A DNA stretch of 64,000 nucleotides from an uncultured Verrucomicrobiae bacterium (GTDB taxonomy: Bacteria > Verrucomicrobiota > Verrucomicrobiia > Chthoniobacterales > UBA10450), in NCBI GenBank assembly GCA_963735805.1, contig CAVTMK010000002.1, forward strand, positions 1,024,001 through 1,088,000, given 5' to 3'. Numbering within the stretch: the stretch's first letter is position 1; the number at the start of each line of letters is the position of its first letter. The position numbers and the translations under genes are program-made. Below, piece by piece: positions 1 through 10,240 of this stretch. The notes under the pieces are model-generated. The model ran no database searches, was not told the origin of the DNA, and was given only the letters and a program-made list of their open reading frames with translations.

Positions 1-1355
1 ATGATTTCACCTTTCCGTGCGGTCTGTCGTGCGTAATCGGAATTGATCCAGCGCGCCAGCTCGTAGACCATCGTTTTCGGTACGTCACTGATCACTGCCA
101 GTCCACCCGCCATGTCTCCGTAAATGGTGCAATAGCCGACGGCCAACTCGCTTTTGTTTCCTGTTGTAAGCAACAGATGGCCAAACTTGTTCGAGAGCGC
201 CATAAGCGTCATGGCTCGCAGTCGTGGCTGCATGTTTTCTTCTGTCTCGTTTTCGGGCAAACCCTTAAAAATTTCTTTGAATTGCGCTTTGAAATTCCTG
301 AATGCATCCACGATTGGAATCTCGAGGAATTTGATTCCGAGATTGCGCGCGAGTGTACGTGCATCGTCGATACTTCCGCGGGAAGAGTACGGGCTCGGCA
401 TGGAAACGCCGGTTACGTTTTCCGCTCCGAGGGCATCGACCGCGATAACCGCAGTGACCGCGGAATCGACTCCGCCGCTCAGACCGACTACAGCGGAGTG
501 AAAATTGCATTTGCGGAAGTAATCGTGAACACCCAGGGAAAGCGCGGCAAAAAGCTCCCCGGGAGTTTTGCCCTGACGAAATTCGATCGCACCGGCGGAT
601 TCTGTATCGACTAGTTTCGTGTCCTCGCGAAATGCGGCCAGTTGGGCGATTAACTTGCCGGCGGGGCTTACGGCGATCGAGTTTCCATCGAAGATCAGCT
701 GGTCGTTTCCTCCGACGACATTGCAATAGCAAATTGGCCGTTGATACGCGCAAGCTTGCTTCGCGATCATCTCAAACCGGCACGCCGGTGCGCCGATCCG
801 AAATGGTGACGCGCTTAGATTAAGAAGAATCTCGGCGCCTTGCTCCACCAGACTGCGGACTGGGTCGAGTTCGTAAAGTGGGCGCGGAAGGTATTCGTCC
901 GTCCAGATGTCTTCGCAGATGGTCACTCCGATTATTTTTCCGTGTACATTAAATGGCTTAACACATTGGGCCGGCTCGAAATAACGCTCCTCATCGAAAA
1001 CATCGTACGTAGGCAAAAGCGACTTGCACGTTTTCCGGATAGGTTTGCCGCGCTCGAGTAAGGCGGCAGCATTATGAAAAGGTTTGCCGCGTCCCTCATT
1101 CCGGTCAACGAATCCGACCAGTAACGCCGATTTCCCCACCTGGCCGTGCAGTTTCTCCAAGACGGCGAGATTTTGCGAAACAAACCGGGATCTAAAAACC
1201 AAATCCTGCGGCGGATATCCTGTCAGGGCCAGTTCCGGGGTGACCACCAATTCCGCGCCTGCGGCCGCGAGCCTCTCATAAGCCCGGACGATCAGTTCGC
1301 AATTGCCGCTCAAATCCCCGACGGTTGGGTTAATTTGAGCGAAACCAATTTTCAT
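1..1355 (-). CDS. nadE: Glutamine-dependent NAD+ synthetase, 3' end outside the window
   Basis: Manual minus-strand translation from ATG at 1355: nitrilase-fold MKIGFAQINPTVGDL...PELALTGYPPQDL...ICEDIW, then synthetase motifs GLSGGVDS, EENMQPRLR, TTGNKSELAVGYCTIYGD. Absent from the ORF track because it runs off the edge. Confidence 0.95.
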   Translation of the reverse strand, partial: MKIGFAQINPTVGDLSGNCELIVRAYERLAAAGAELVVTPELALTGYPPQDLVFRSRFVSQNLAVLEKLHGQVGKSALLVGFVDRNEGRGKPFHNAAALLERGKPIRKTCKSLLPTYDVFDEERYFEPAQCVKPFNVHGKIIGVTICEDIWTDEYLPRPLYELDPVRSLVEQGAEILLNLSASPFRIGAPACRFEMIAKQACAYQRPICYCNVVGGNDQLIFDGNSIAVSPAGKLIAQLAAFREDTKLVDTESAGAIEFRQGKTPGELFAALSLGVHDYFRKCNFHSAVVGLSGGVDSAVTAVIAVDALGAENVTGVSMPSPYSSRGSIDDARTLARNLGIKFLEIPIVDAFRNFKAQFKEIFKGLPENETEENMQPRLRAMTLMALSNKFGHLLLTTGNKSELAVGYCTIYGDMAGGLAVISDVPKTMVYELARWINSDYARQTARKGEI

Positions 1356-1451
1356 GCCGCGCAAGGGCAGAATATGCGCAACATCGCGAGCAGCAATTTT
1401 CTTTTATGATCATCAATCGAAAAGTAGACGATACAAATTTTCTACATCTAA

Positions 1452-3116
1452 CTATTTGTTCTTTTCGTCGCGCGTTCTGCCGCCAAACCGCGGTTCATTC
1501 GAGGTAAGAAGCCCGGTTGTCATGGCCCTCCAAACTGCGGTGGCATTATCGAGCTCCAGAGGATTTTCCAGCTCGCTTGATGTCTTTTCGGGCTTCCAAA
1601 ATCTTGTGTCGGCATTCTCGTATTTAATAACCGTGAACATGCCGGTCGCGAGATGGTATAGAATGTGACAATGATATGCCCACACACCCGGGTTGTTGGC
1701 ATCGAAGACAACTTTGACTGTCGATTTCGGTGGAACCAGAATAGTGTCCCGTTTTGCACCGGTGATTTTCTGGCCGTCGATCTCGCTCACTTCGAATACA
1801 TGTCCATGCAGATGCATGGGATGCGACATTCGGGTTGAGTTGGAGATCACAAGTTCAACCCGCTCACCCTGTTTGACGTTCAGGCTGTTCCGGTTTGGAT
1901 AGGGCGCGCCATTGATTGTCCAGCTATAAGTCATCATGTTACCACCAAGGAGGGATGGCAGTTTGCGCTGCACCGGCTTATCGGGCAGTGGCTCTTTCGC
2001 GATGAGATGGATCTCCTGTGTGTTGTCCAGTCCCCCCATCGTCCTTTGTGCTCGAACGCCGAATGGCTGCTTGGGAATCGTGGACCCCCGGGTAGCGAGC
2101 AACACGCCTGCCTGTAAAGAGGTTCCCTCGGCCAATGCAAGGATGGGAAACACGCCGCCCGTTTTAGGAACTGTGATCAGCAGGTCGAGCCGCTGCGCCG
2201 TGGAAAGCTGGAAGAAATTGCCTTTGAGAGGTTGGACCGCTTCTCCGTCGGTGGCAATGATTGTCGCATCTAGACGCCCGGTATCGATGAAAAAGTTGGT
2301 TGCCGACGCAGCTCCCATCACGCGCAATAGGACACTCCGTCCAGGCTTCACCTCCAATACCTGTGGATCGTTAATCGTGTGCAGATTGGCCAGGAGGGCG
2401 TCGTATTTCACATCGACGTCGGGTAGCGCGGTTTGAACTTCCCGCGAGACTAGCCGTTTCGAAGCTTCATCCCATTGCTGCACGACGAGAGATCGCTTCG
2501 GCTCCGCCATGCTCATCGTTTTCCCATCAGGCATGTTTTTCTTCTGCGTATTTTCCTTCATCACTTGAGTTCTTCCCATCAAACCTTTCAGGATGTCCTG
2601 GGGACTCGTGAACGAGAAGTCGCTAAGCATTACCGTAAACTCGGCATCGGCCACCTTAGACTGTGTCGGTGAGCGAATCACCATCGGCGCGGATAGAAGC
2701 TGCTGCTCTTGCAATCCGTAGTGTGAGTGCATCCAGTAACTTCCGCTCTGCTTCAAAGGAAAATCGTATCCGTGGGAACCTCCTGTCGGAATGGGATCCT
2801 GAGTAACAAACGGCACCCCGTCCATCAAGTTGGGTAGGATCAGGCCATGCCAATGGATCGATGTTGGCACTGGAAGCTGATTGACAAGTTCCAGATGAAA
2901 GCCCTCCGCCTCAAGCGGGCTGTAACCCGGCTCTCCGTTGGCTTGAGTGAGAGTGGCAACCTTTACCGTTCTGCCGAGTACCGTGATGGACGTCTCGCGT
3001 GCGAATAGTTTGACAGTTTTTGGTTGCCTCGTGGACTCTGTGGGGACAGCGCGTGATACCCCTATCGCTAGGACTGCTACAAGGAAGCTCGCCTTCCATG
3101 TGTTGTTAGATTTCAT
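1452..3116 (-). CDS. Multicopper oxidase (CopA/CueO-like), secreted
   Basis: Copper-ligand motifs HWHG, WMHSH, HPMHLHGH and HCHILYHLATGM; N-terminal signal peptide. Confidence 0.93.
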   Translation of the reverse strand: MKSNNTWKASFLVAVLAIGVSRAVPTESTRQPKTVKLFARETSITVLGRTVKVATLTQANGEPGYSPLEAEGFHLELVNQLPVPTSIHWHGLILPNLMDGVPFVTQDPIPTGGSHGYDFPLKQSGSYWMHSHYGLQEQQLLSAPMVIRSPTQSKVADAEFTVMLSDFSFTSPQDILKGLMGRTQVMKENTQKKNMPDGKTMSMAEPKRSLVVQQWDEASKRLVSREVQTALPDVDVKYDALLANLHTINDPQVLEVKPGRSVLLRVMGAASATNFFIDTGRLDATIIATDGEAVQPLKGNFFQLSTAQRLDLLITVPKTGGVFPILALAEGTSLQAGVLLATRGSTIPKQPFGVRAQRTMGGLDNTQEIHLIAKEPLPDKPVQRKLPSLLGGNMMTYSWTINGAPYPNRNSLNVKQGERVELVISNSTRMSHPMHLHGHVFEVSEIDGQKITGAKRDTILVPPKSTVKVVFDANNPGVWAYHCHILYHLATGMFTVIKYENADTRFWKPEKTSSELENPLELDNATAVWRAMTTGLLTSNEPRFGGRTRDEKNK

Positions 3117-3186
3117 GGCGAATCAGGGAGGCGATGTGGCGCGTGTGTTGGAGCACGTGGTTATGCTGATGGGAAGGCGCACACAT
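3106..3186 (-). CDS. 26-aa Cys/His-rich small ORF, candidate leader peptide of the multicopper oxidase
   Basis: MCAPSHQHNHVLQHTRHIASLIRHEI*. ATG is 6 nt after a -10 box; the ORF overlaps the first 11 nt of the oxidase gene. Confidence 0.5.
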   Translation of the reverse strand: MCAPSHQHNHVLQHTRHIASLIRHEI

Positions 3187-3192
3187 GAGGCG

Positions 3193-3221
3193 ATCTTAGA
3201 AATCGACCGGCACGCGTTCAA
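3193..3221 (-). promoter_or_regulatory. Sigma70-type promoter for the small ORF and multicopper oxidase
   Basis: Minus strand TTGAAC-17 nt-TAAGAT. Confidence 0.6.
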
Positions 3222-3317
3222 TACGGAATCGACAAATTCCTGAACGATCGATTTGCTTATGTTGGAGTGCTGAACTCTTTGCATAGAGCAGCGGCGTGCG
3301 AAGAGCCAACCAACTTC

Positions 3318-3588
3318 GTGACGATCATCGTGCTGACGATCGTTTTCCTTGTAAGCGCCTCTTCGTCATTCGCCACAACGCAAGGCTTAAATCAAATCGC
3401 AACGCCGGATCTGCAGCCGGACAGAACGCTTGCGCTCAGCTTCGACCTGCAAGACCGGAAAATTGGCAACCCCATATCAAGTGCAAGCGGAGATGGGACT
3501 AACCAAATGGTTCGAGATGCTCATGGCGGCCTTGCCCGAGACGGTACGCCGGTTTCTGCGAAAATACCTGTCGACGCGATACCAATAG
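3318..3588 (+). pseudogene. Probable frameshifted, truncated remnant of a secreted or outer-membrane protein gene
   Basis: Signal peptide plus TTQGLNQIATPDLQP...IGNP. Removing one C from the run at 3470-3473 gives the protein-like continuation YQVQAEMGLTKWFE, followed by an early stop. Confidence 0.4.
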
Positions 3589-3671
3589 CCATGACGCTAA
3601 GGGTGTCGCTGAGCCGATTGGCGTTTCCACATTACTTTTGTGGATCGATTAGCATCAGGTGATCGCGTGGA

Positions 3672-4580
3672 TCACGAGTGGCCGAGCTTCTCGCGTGGCC
3701 CCCGCTCGACCGGGATCCAGGGCACGCTTAACGCGGAATCGGTACTGAGCTTTTCCGCCAGTTTTTTGTCTTTTTTGCCCTCGTTGATTACGAACGTGTT
3801 GTTCTCTCCGAGGGCTGACCACGGACCATGCGGGATTTCTTTAAAATCTACAAACTTCCAGTCCGTCACGTCTGTTTCCTTCAATCCAAGATAATCGCGC
3901 ACAGCGGGCGAAACATCGAGGCCGGCGCCTTTGTTGAGATTCGGCTTCGGGCGTTCGTTACCGAAGACGTATTGCCAGTGATCGGTGCGGAATGGGCCTG
4001 CATCTTCCCACTGGGCATATGCGGTCCGGTTGCCTTTCCGAATTGCGACCCATCGATCTTTGCAAGTGGAAACAGCGGGACCTTGGTACGCGTCCTTAAA
4101 CCAGGGGACGACACTTGGCGCCTCGGGTCGATGACCAGTGCGTGCCTTATCGTTGTAGGGAAGTGCGCAGTAGAAGGGATTCTGTCGCGGTGTGAATTTC
4201 ACCGGGAGGTAATTGCTGCGATGCGCGGGATTCGGATCGTCAAATCCGCCGTAATTTTTTGTCCATTGTTTATCCCACGAGCTGGTGCGATTTGGCACCA
4301 GATTATTTCCGCTCGGTTGTTCACCAATCCAAAAAACCGTTGTGACAATATTTGCTTTCCAGGGATAACGCTGTGCAGTTTCCGACCGCACCTTAAATAA
4401 TTGTCCCGGGACAAATGAGAGCGAAGTCCCGCCGGTCGAACGATCGTCCGCCAATTTATCGGATTTTTTGCTGAATTTCGTTTTGGCAGGTTCCGTCTTC
4501 TCCCCCGTCCCGTGTGCAAAAAGAGATGACATTGACGAGAGGACAACCGCAATCGTGTGAGTAAGTTTTCCTGGTTTCAT
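3672..4580 (-). CDS. Secreted hypothetical protein, possibly a divergent RlpA-like double-psi beta-barrel
   Basis: Signal peptide; WEDAGPF and LDVSPAVRDYLG resemble the RlpA motifs INDRGPF and IDLSxAAAxxLG. Confidence 0.7.
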   Translation of the reverse strand: MKPGKLTHTIAVVLSSMSSLFAHGTGEKTEPAKTKFSKKSDKLADDRSTGGTSLSFVPGQLFKVRSETAQRYPWKANIVTTVFWIGEQPSGNNLVPNRTSSWDKQWTKNYGGFDDPNPAHRSNYLPVKFTPRQNPFYCALPYNDKARTGHRPEAPSVVPWFKDAYQGPAVSTCKDRWVAIRKGNRTAYAQWEDAGPFRTDHWQYVFGNERPKPNLNKGAGLDVSPAVRDYLGLKETDVTDWKFVDFKEIPHGPWSALGENNTFVINEGKKDKKLAEKLSTDSALSVPWIPVERGPREKLGHS

Positions 4581-4716
4581 TGTTGTGTAGTTAGGCAAGG
4601 CGAAAGGAAGACATGCATCTTTCTTTACTTTCGTTCACGAGGACGCGGATGCGCGTCAATCGCAGCGAATTCGATGCGCTGTAAAAGTGCTCGCGGAATC
4701 TCGATGCGGATTGCCA

Positions 4717-6090
4717 TTAGTCAACAAATTTTCCTGGATTCAAAATCCCGTTTGGATCGAGGGTTTGTTTGAGTTGTCGATGCAACTCGCGTGCCACGTC
4801 GCCCGTTGCATGCGGCCACCAGCGCTTTTTGGCCAAACCGATCCCGTGTTCACCTGTGATTACGCCATCCCATGCCAGCACTTGTGCGAAGAGATCGTCC
4901 AGGGCGCGCTCGACTTTTTCACGCACTGTTATGTCGCGATTGTAACGGTCGGCCATGATGTTGACGTGAATGTTGCCATCGCCGGCGTGACCGAAGCAGG
5001 CGATCGGAAATCCATATTTAGTCTGAAGCGTCTCCGCAAATTCCATCAAATCGACCAGGTGACTGCGCGGCACAACTACGTCTTCGTTTAGCTTTGTTAG
5101 CCCGGTCGCGCGCAGTGAATTGCTGAATTGCCGACGCAGGGCCCAGAGCTTTTCACAATCGGCCTCACCGATCGCCATCTCCACCGCATTAGGTTTTCTC
5201 GTTTCGAGCAATTCACGAATAGCCGTGGATTCACTTCGAACACTTTCCTCCTGTCCATCGAGATCGACCAGCAGGTGTGCGTTTCCCGCGGGCACAAGCA
5301 TTTTGCCGAGATCGCGCCGCGCTGCTTCCAATGTGAAGTGATCGGCGATTTCCAGTGAGGAGGGCAAAAACCCCGCCGCAAAGATCGCCTGCACGGCTTC
5401 GGCAGCTTGCGCCGCAGTAGCAAACGCAGCCGACAAAGTTGCGCGCGCCGGTGGAAGCGGAAGCAAACGCAGGATGATCTCGGTCACAACGCCGAGCAGT
5501 CCTTCCGAGCCAACGAAGAGACCGATCAGATCGAACCCCGTCTTGTTCTTGTGCACACGACCGCCGGTTCGCAGGACTTCGCCATCGGCCAGTACCACTT
5601 CCAGGCCGATTGCGTAATTTCGGGTGACACCGTATTTCAAACAACGCGGACCACCCGCGTTCGTGGCGATATTTCCGCCGATGGTGCAATTCTTCATGCT
5701 GGCAGGGTCCGGCGGATAAAATAGCTTTTGTGCACGCACAGCCGCTTTCAGGTCAGCGGTAAAGACTCCCGGTTCAACAATTGCGACCGCGTCGGAGAAG
5801 CTGATTTCCTTGATCCGATTCATCCGCGAGAGCGACAGAGCAATTCCGCCGTGTGCCGGCACGCATCCGCCCACGTACCCATAGCCGCCGCCGCGCGCTG
5901 TCACCGGAATTTTTTTGCGCGATGCAAATTGAAGTAGTTTGCTGACGTCACCGGTCGATCCTGCAAAGACGACGGCATCAGGTTCATGGGCTGCAAACCA
6001 TTTATCGCCGCTGTGGGCTGCGACGGTTTCAGGATCGTCTGCGACGATTTCGCTGCCTAAAAGTTCCCGAAGTTCGGAAGCAACTTCCAT
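4717..6090 (-). CDS. FAD-linked oxidase, GlcD/D-lactate dehydrogenase family
   Basis: YPPDPAS, IGGNIATNAGG, GSEGLLG, GHAGDGNIH, GEHGIG, LDPNGILNPGK. Confidence 0.9.
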   Translation of the reverse strand: MEVASELRELLGSEIVADDPETVAAHSGDKWFAAHEPDAVVFAGSTGDVSKLLQFASRKKIPVTARGGGYGYVGGCVPAHGGIALSLSRMNRIKEISFSDAVAIVEPGVFTADLKAAVRAQKLFYPPDPASMKNCTIGGNIATNAGGPRCLKYGVTRNYAIGLEVVLADGEVLRTGGRVHKNKTGFDLIGLFVGSEGLLGVVTEIILRLLPLPPARATLSAAFATAAQAAEAVQAIFAAGFLPSSLEIADHFTLEAARRDLGKMLVPAGNAHLLVDLDGQEESVRSESTAIRELLETRKPNAVEMAIGEADCEKLWALRRQFSNSLRATGLTKLNEDVVVPRSHLVDLMEFAETLQTKYGFPIACFGHAGDGNIHVNIMADRYNRDITVREKVERALDDLFAQVLAWDGVITGEHGIGLAKKRWWPHATGDVARELHRQLKQTLDPNGILNPGKFVD

Positions 6091-6166
6091 AAGGACTAAC
6101 GTGGCGCGCCTGAGTTGTAGGGCAAGCGCGCTGCCAATCGAAACGATGGCAGGCGACGTGCCTAGC

Positions 6167-6481
6167 CTACAATTCCCGAGCGATTGCGAGTCGATAATGC
6201 CGAGCCGGATCCATCCGCGTAAGAAGCTTTTCGACTCCCGGAAAAATCACGGGCTTGGTTTCATCAGAGCCGGCGAATTCTTTCACGGCATCCATTGAAT
6301 CGAATCGAAGTAATGTGACGAATTCCATTTCATCGCCATCTTCGCGGATGAACAATTCTGCGCCGCGATAGCCTTTGATCTTTCGTCCAGTAATGCTTGG
6401 GAAAATTTCGTCGCGCAGCATATTCTCGTAGGGCTTTGCGTCGACTCGTTTCGTCCAGCCACGCCAGATCCGTGCGATCAT
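6167..6481 (-). CDS. Antibiotic biosynthesis monooxygenase-like (dimeric alpha-beta barrel) protein
   Basis: MIARIWRGWT...EFVTLLRFDSMDAVKEFAG family pattern. Confidence 0.75.
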   Translation of the reverse strand: MIARIWRGWTKRVDAKPYENMLRDEIFPSITGRKIKGYRGAELFIREDGDEMEFVTLLRFDSMDAVKEFAGSDETKPVIFPGVEKLLTRMDPARHYRLAIAREL

Positions 6482-6565
6482 TGGATCATTACAACGGTAA
6501 GGCGCGACCGCCGGGCGCGCCGCTCCAAAATTCCACGATGAATAAGAATAGAACCAAAACTCTAA

Positions 6566-7342
6566 CTACATTCCCATTATCTGATAGCCACCATCGACGA
6601 AAATGACCTGGCCGCTAATGGCCGCAGCGGCGTCACTCGCGAGAAAAACCCCGGTGGCGCCCAGCTCAGCTGGATCACAACTGCGTTTCAAGGGCGCGCG
6701 TTCTTGATAATGTTTCAGCATCGACGTGAATCCGCTGATGCCACGCGCGGCCAGTGTCTGGACCGGTCCGGCAGAAATGCAGTTTACCCGGATTTTTTTT
6801 GGGCCGAGATCGTAGGCGAGATAACGTGCGCTGGCTTCAAGGCTGGCCTTGGCAACGCCCATGACATTGTAATGTGGCACGACTTTTTCCGAGCCATAGT
6901 AAGTCATCGCGACGATGCTGCCTCCGTTTGTCATTAGAGGCGCCACTTCGCGCGACAGCGCTACCAGCGAGTAGGCACTAATATCGTGCGCCGCGCGAAA
7001 CGCTTCGCGTGTTGTGCTTACAAAATCGCCTTCCAACGCTTCTCGTGGTGCGAACGCGAGGGAGTGAAGCATCAAATCGACGCGATCTGTGTTTCCGCGC
7101 ACGTTTTCGAAGAATGTTTTGATCTCATTGTCGCTTGAAACGTCGCAGGGAAACAACGGAGTATTCTCCCCGAACTCGCCGATGAGTTCCTCGACGTTTT
7201 CCTTCAATCGGTCGCCTTGATAATTAAAAATCAAGCGCGCACCCGCTGCGGCCCATGCCTTTGCGATTGCCCATGCGATGCTACGCTTGTTTGCCACCCC
7301 GAAGACCAGGCCAACTTTTCCTCCCAAAACTTGCTGTGTCAT
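6566..7342 (-). CDS. fabI: Enoyl-ACP reductase
   Basis: GVANKRSIAWAIA, YNVMGVAKASLE, VNCISAGPVQTLA. Start set at the internal ATG. Confidence 0.95.
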   Translation of the reverse strand: MTQQVLGGKVGLVFGVANKRSIAWAIAKAWAAAGARLIFNYQGDRLKENVEELIGEFGENTPLFPCDVSSDNEIKTFFENVRGNTDRVDLMLHSLAFAPREALEGDFVSTTREAFRAAHDISAYSLVALSREVAPLMTNGGSIVAMTYYGSEKVVPHYNVMGVAKASLEASARYLAYDLGPKKIRVNCISAGPVQTLAARGISGFTSMLKHYQERAPLKRSCDPAELGATGVFLASDAAAAISGQVIFVDGGYQIMGM

Positions 7343-7410
7343 AAGTCCGTGCACGATACCTGCATTTCCGACATCGCAAAGATGCAGGCCTTAGCTAAAT
7401 TCTGCTGCCT

Positions 7411-10230
7411 ATGACTATTCGATGTCGCTTTTCCTGCGGGATGTTTGCTTGGATTTCGTCGATTTCGATTTTGACGGCACAAGAGCACACGCCGTCAGGC
7501 GTTACCCCGATCGCTAGCCAATCGCCTGCGCCTTCGTCTTCCGCAAGCGCACTTTTGTCTTCTTCGGTGACACCGACTCCTTCATCCACTCCGCCCCAGC
7601 TAACCGATGTCCTCTTCAAGAATTTGAAAGCGCGCTCGATTGGACCGGCAGTGATGGGTGGTCGGGTCTCGGACATCGCAATTGATCCACGGAATCCATT
7701 TATTTTTTATGTCGGCCTCGGACACGGCGGCGTTTTCAAAACAAACGATAATGGCATTAGTTTCGATCCAATTTTCGATAAGCAATCGATGCTCTCCATT
7801 GGTGCCGTTGCCGTTGCGCCATCCGATTCTGACGTGGTTTGGGTGGGAACCGGCGAGGCCAACGATCGGAATTCCTGTGATTGGGGCGACGGCGTTTATC
7901 GATCTACCGATGGCGGGGAGAAGTGGCAAAATATCGGTCTGAAAAACAGTCGCACCATCGCGCGCATTGTTGTCGATCCCAAGAAGCCGGACGTCGCTTA
8001 TGTAGCCGCAATGGGCAATTTGTGGGCGGACGGCGGGGAACGCGGCTTGTTCAAGACTACTGATGCAGGCAAAACATGGAAACTTGTTCTGAAAGCCGCT
8101 GCTCCACACGACGCGCGCACTGGATGTGGCGACGTTACGATCGATCCAACGAATGCAGAAACTGTTTACGCTGCGCTTTATGCGCGGCAACGGACGCCAT
8201 GGAGTTTCGCTTCCGGTCCCAGCGTGACTGGCGGTGAAGATGTGGGCGGAATTTTCAAGAGCACCGACGGTGGCACCACGTGGAAGAAACTTGGCGGCGG
8301 TTTGCCCGCTCAAACCGGTCGGATTGGCGTGGCAATAAGCCTTAGCAATCCAAAAGTGGTCATGGCAGTCGTGCAGAGTTATGAAGGTGGATTTGGAAGG
8401 ATTGATGACCTGCGCAGCAAGACGGGGGGCGTTTTTCGATCCGAAGATGGAGGCGAAAAATGGACGCGAATGAGCGCCGTGGATCCGCGTCCATTTTATT
8501 TCAGTCAGATTCGCATCGATCCTGCCAACGATCAGCGCGTTTATATTCTGGGTTTCGCACTGTTGGTGTCTGATGATGGAGGCAAGAATTTTCGCGAAGA
8601 TCTAAGCGAAAAAGTTCATCCAGACTGTCACGCATTCGTCATTCAGCCTGGTACGACACCTCCGCCGAAGCCGCCCAAGCCGGGAGATAAAGACAAGCCT
8701 TCGAAGCCGCCGGTTTGCCAGCGTTTACTGCTGGGTACGGACGGCGGTGTGTATCAGAGTTTTGCCGGCGGCAAGAATTGGGATCATCTGAACAAGATTC
8801 CTTCTGGAGAATATTATCGAATTTCGCTCGACGACACGAAGCCGTACTTCCGAATTGCGGGTGGCCTTCAGGACAACGAGAACTGGGTTGGACCGAGTGG
8901 CGTCCAAAGTAAGGAAGGCATTCGCAACTGCGATTGGACGGCGCTAGCCGGCGGGGACGGCTTTTACGTCCTCTTCGATCCAACCGATCGCGACACGTTT
9001 TATGCGGAAAGTCAGCAGGGCGAAGTTCATCGGATCAATTTGCGAAATGGCGAAATACGCCGCTTGCGTCCGGAGCCGGCCGAAGGTCAGCCTCGCTATC
9101 GCTTTCATTGGAATTCACCAATGATGATGAGCCGACATAACCCAGGAGTGATTTACCTTGGCGGCAACTGTGTCTTCAAACTGACCGACCGGATGGAAAA
9201 ATATTCCGTGATCAGTCCGGACCTCACGTACAACGATCCAACCAAAACAAATGCCACCGGAAGTGGCGCGGAGAATTACGGCGTCGTCTTTTCGCTTGCT
9301 GAGTCGCCGAAGCGGGGTGGGCTTTTGTGGGCGGGGACGGACGACGGGCGGCTTTGGATCACAGAGAATGACGGGGGCAAATGGACTGAGTTGACGAGTA
9401 ATTTGCCGGAGTCGGCGCGCGGTCAATGGATTGTACATATTGAACCGTCCAATATCGATGGCAACGTCGCATACGTTGCGACCAATGGGTATCGCTCCGG
9501 AAACGATAGTCCCTTGATTTTGCGTACCGCTGATCTGGGCAAAACATGGCAATCCGTGACTGGTGATCTGCCGCAAGGGGATCCTGTTGAGGTTGTGCGC
9601 GAGGATCCAGTTAATCCAAAATTACTCTACGCGGGCACGCACTTCGGAGTGTTCGCGTCGTTCGATCAAGGCGCGCATTGGGTGCGCATCGGCGATGTTC
9701 CTTCGGTCCGCGTGGATGACATCCAAATTCATCCCCGCACATCGGACCTTGTAATGGCAACTCATGGTCGCAGCATCGCCATTCTGGACGACACCATCCC
9801 ATTTCGTGAATTCACGCCGGAGATTGCAGGCAAGCCAGCCCAATTGTTTAGCGTTCGTTCCGTGACCGGCGCTTATCTTCAACCGGGATTTGTTGATTCG
9901 AACGGCAAAGGGATTTATCGCGGCCAAAATCCGCCCGAGGGGGCTTTATTCACAGTCTGGGTGCGAGAGTTTACCGGAGACGAAATTAAAATCGTTGTGA
10001 CAAAATCAAACGGACAGCCCGTGGCGAATCTGAAGGCGCCGGGCGCACCAGGTTTTACTCGATTGACATGGGACCTTCGGCCAACCAAAGACGTGATTGC
10101 CGAGTATGGTGGTGACGATCCCAAGCGCCTTCTACCAGCCGGAGATTACGCAGCGGAGTTAACTTTCGGTACAACGAAGGTGAAACAGACGTTTCACGTT
10201 GATCTTGCCGAGGGAATCACTCCGCGCTAA
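7411..10230 (+). CDS. Secreted BNR/Asp-box beta-propeller protein (VPS10/GH74-like)
   Basis: Multiple (S/T)xDxGxxW Asp-boxes, RSIGPAVMGGRV N-terminal motif, signal peptide. Confidence 0.88.
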   Translation: MTIRCRFSCGMFAWISSISILTAQEHTPSGVTPIASQSPAPSSSASALLSSSVTPTPSSTPPQLTDVLFKNLKARSIGPAVMGGRVSDIAIDPRNPFIFYVGLGHGGVFKTNDNGISFDPIFDKQSMLSIGAVAVAPSDSDVVWVGTGEANDRNSCDWGDGVYRSTDGGEKWQNIGLKNSRTIARIVVDPKKPDVAYVAAMGNLWADGGERGLFKTTDAGKTWKLVLKAAAPHDARTGCGDVTIDPTNAETVYAALYARQRTPWSFASGPSVTGGEDVGGIFKSTDGGTTWKKLGGGLPAQTGRIGVAISLSNPKVVMAVVQSYEGGFGRIDDLRSKTGGVFRSEDGGEKWTRMSAVDPRPFYFSQIRIDPANDQRVYILGFALLVSDDGGKNFREDLSEKVHPDCHAFVIQPGTTPPPKPPKPGDKDKPSKPPVCQRLLLGTDGGVYQSFAGGKNWDHLNKIPSGEYYRISLDDTKPYFRIAGGLQDNENWVGPSGVQSKEGIRNCDWTALAGGDGFYVLFDPTDRDTFYAESQQGEVHRINLRNGEIRRLRPEPAEGQPRYRFHWNSPMMMSRHNPGVIYLGGNCVFKLTDRMEKYSVISPDLTYNDPTKTNATGSGAENYGVVFSLAESPKRGGLLWAGTDDGRLWITENDGGKWTELTSNLPESARGQWIVHIEPSNIDGNVAYVATNGYRSGNDSPLILRTADLGKTWQSVTGDLPQGDPVEVVREDPVNPKLLYAGTHFGVFASFDQGAHWVRIGDVPSVRVDDIQIHPRTSDLVMATHGRSIAILDDTIPFREFTPEIAGKPAQLFSVRSVTGAYLQPGFVDSNGKGIYRGQNPPEGALFTVWVREFTGDEIKIVVTKSNGQPVANLKAPGAPGFTRLTWDLRPTKDVIAEYGGDDPKRLLPAGDYAAELTFGTTKVKQTFHVDLAEGITPR

Positions 10231-10240
10231 GGCGCGAACC

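Noticed and set aside
154..1409. Several plus-strand ORFs in the track
   Set aside because: They are antisense shadows of nadE, which has clear motifs on the minus strand.
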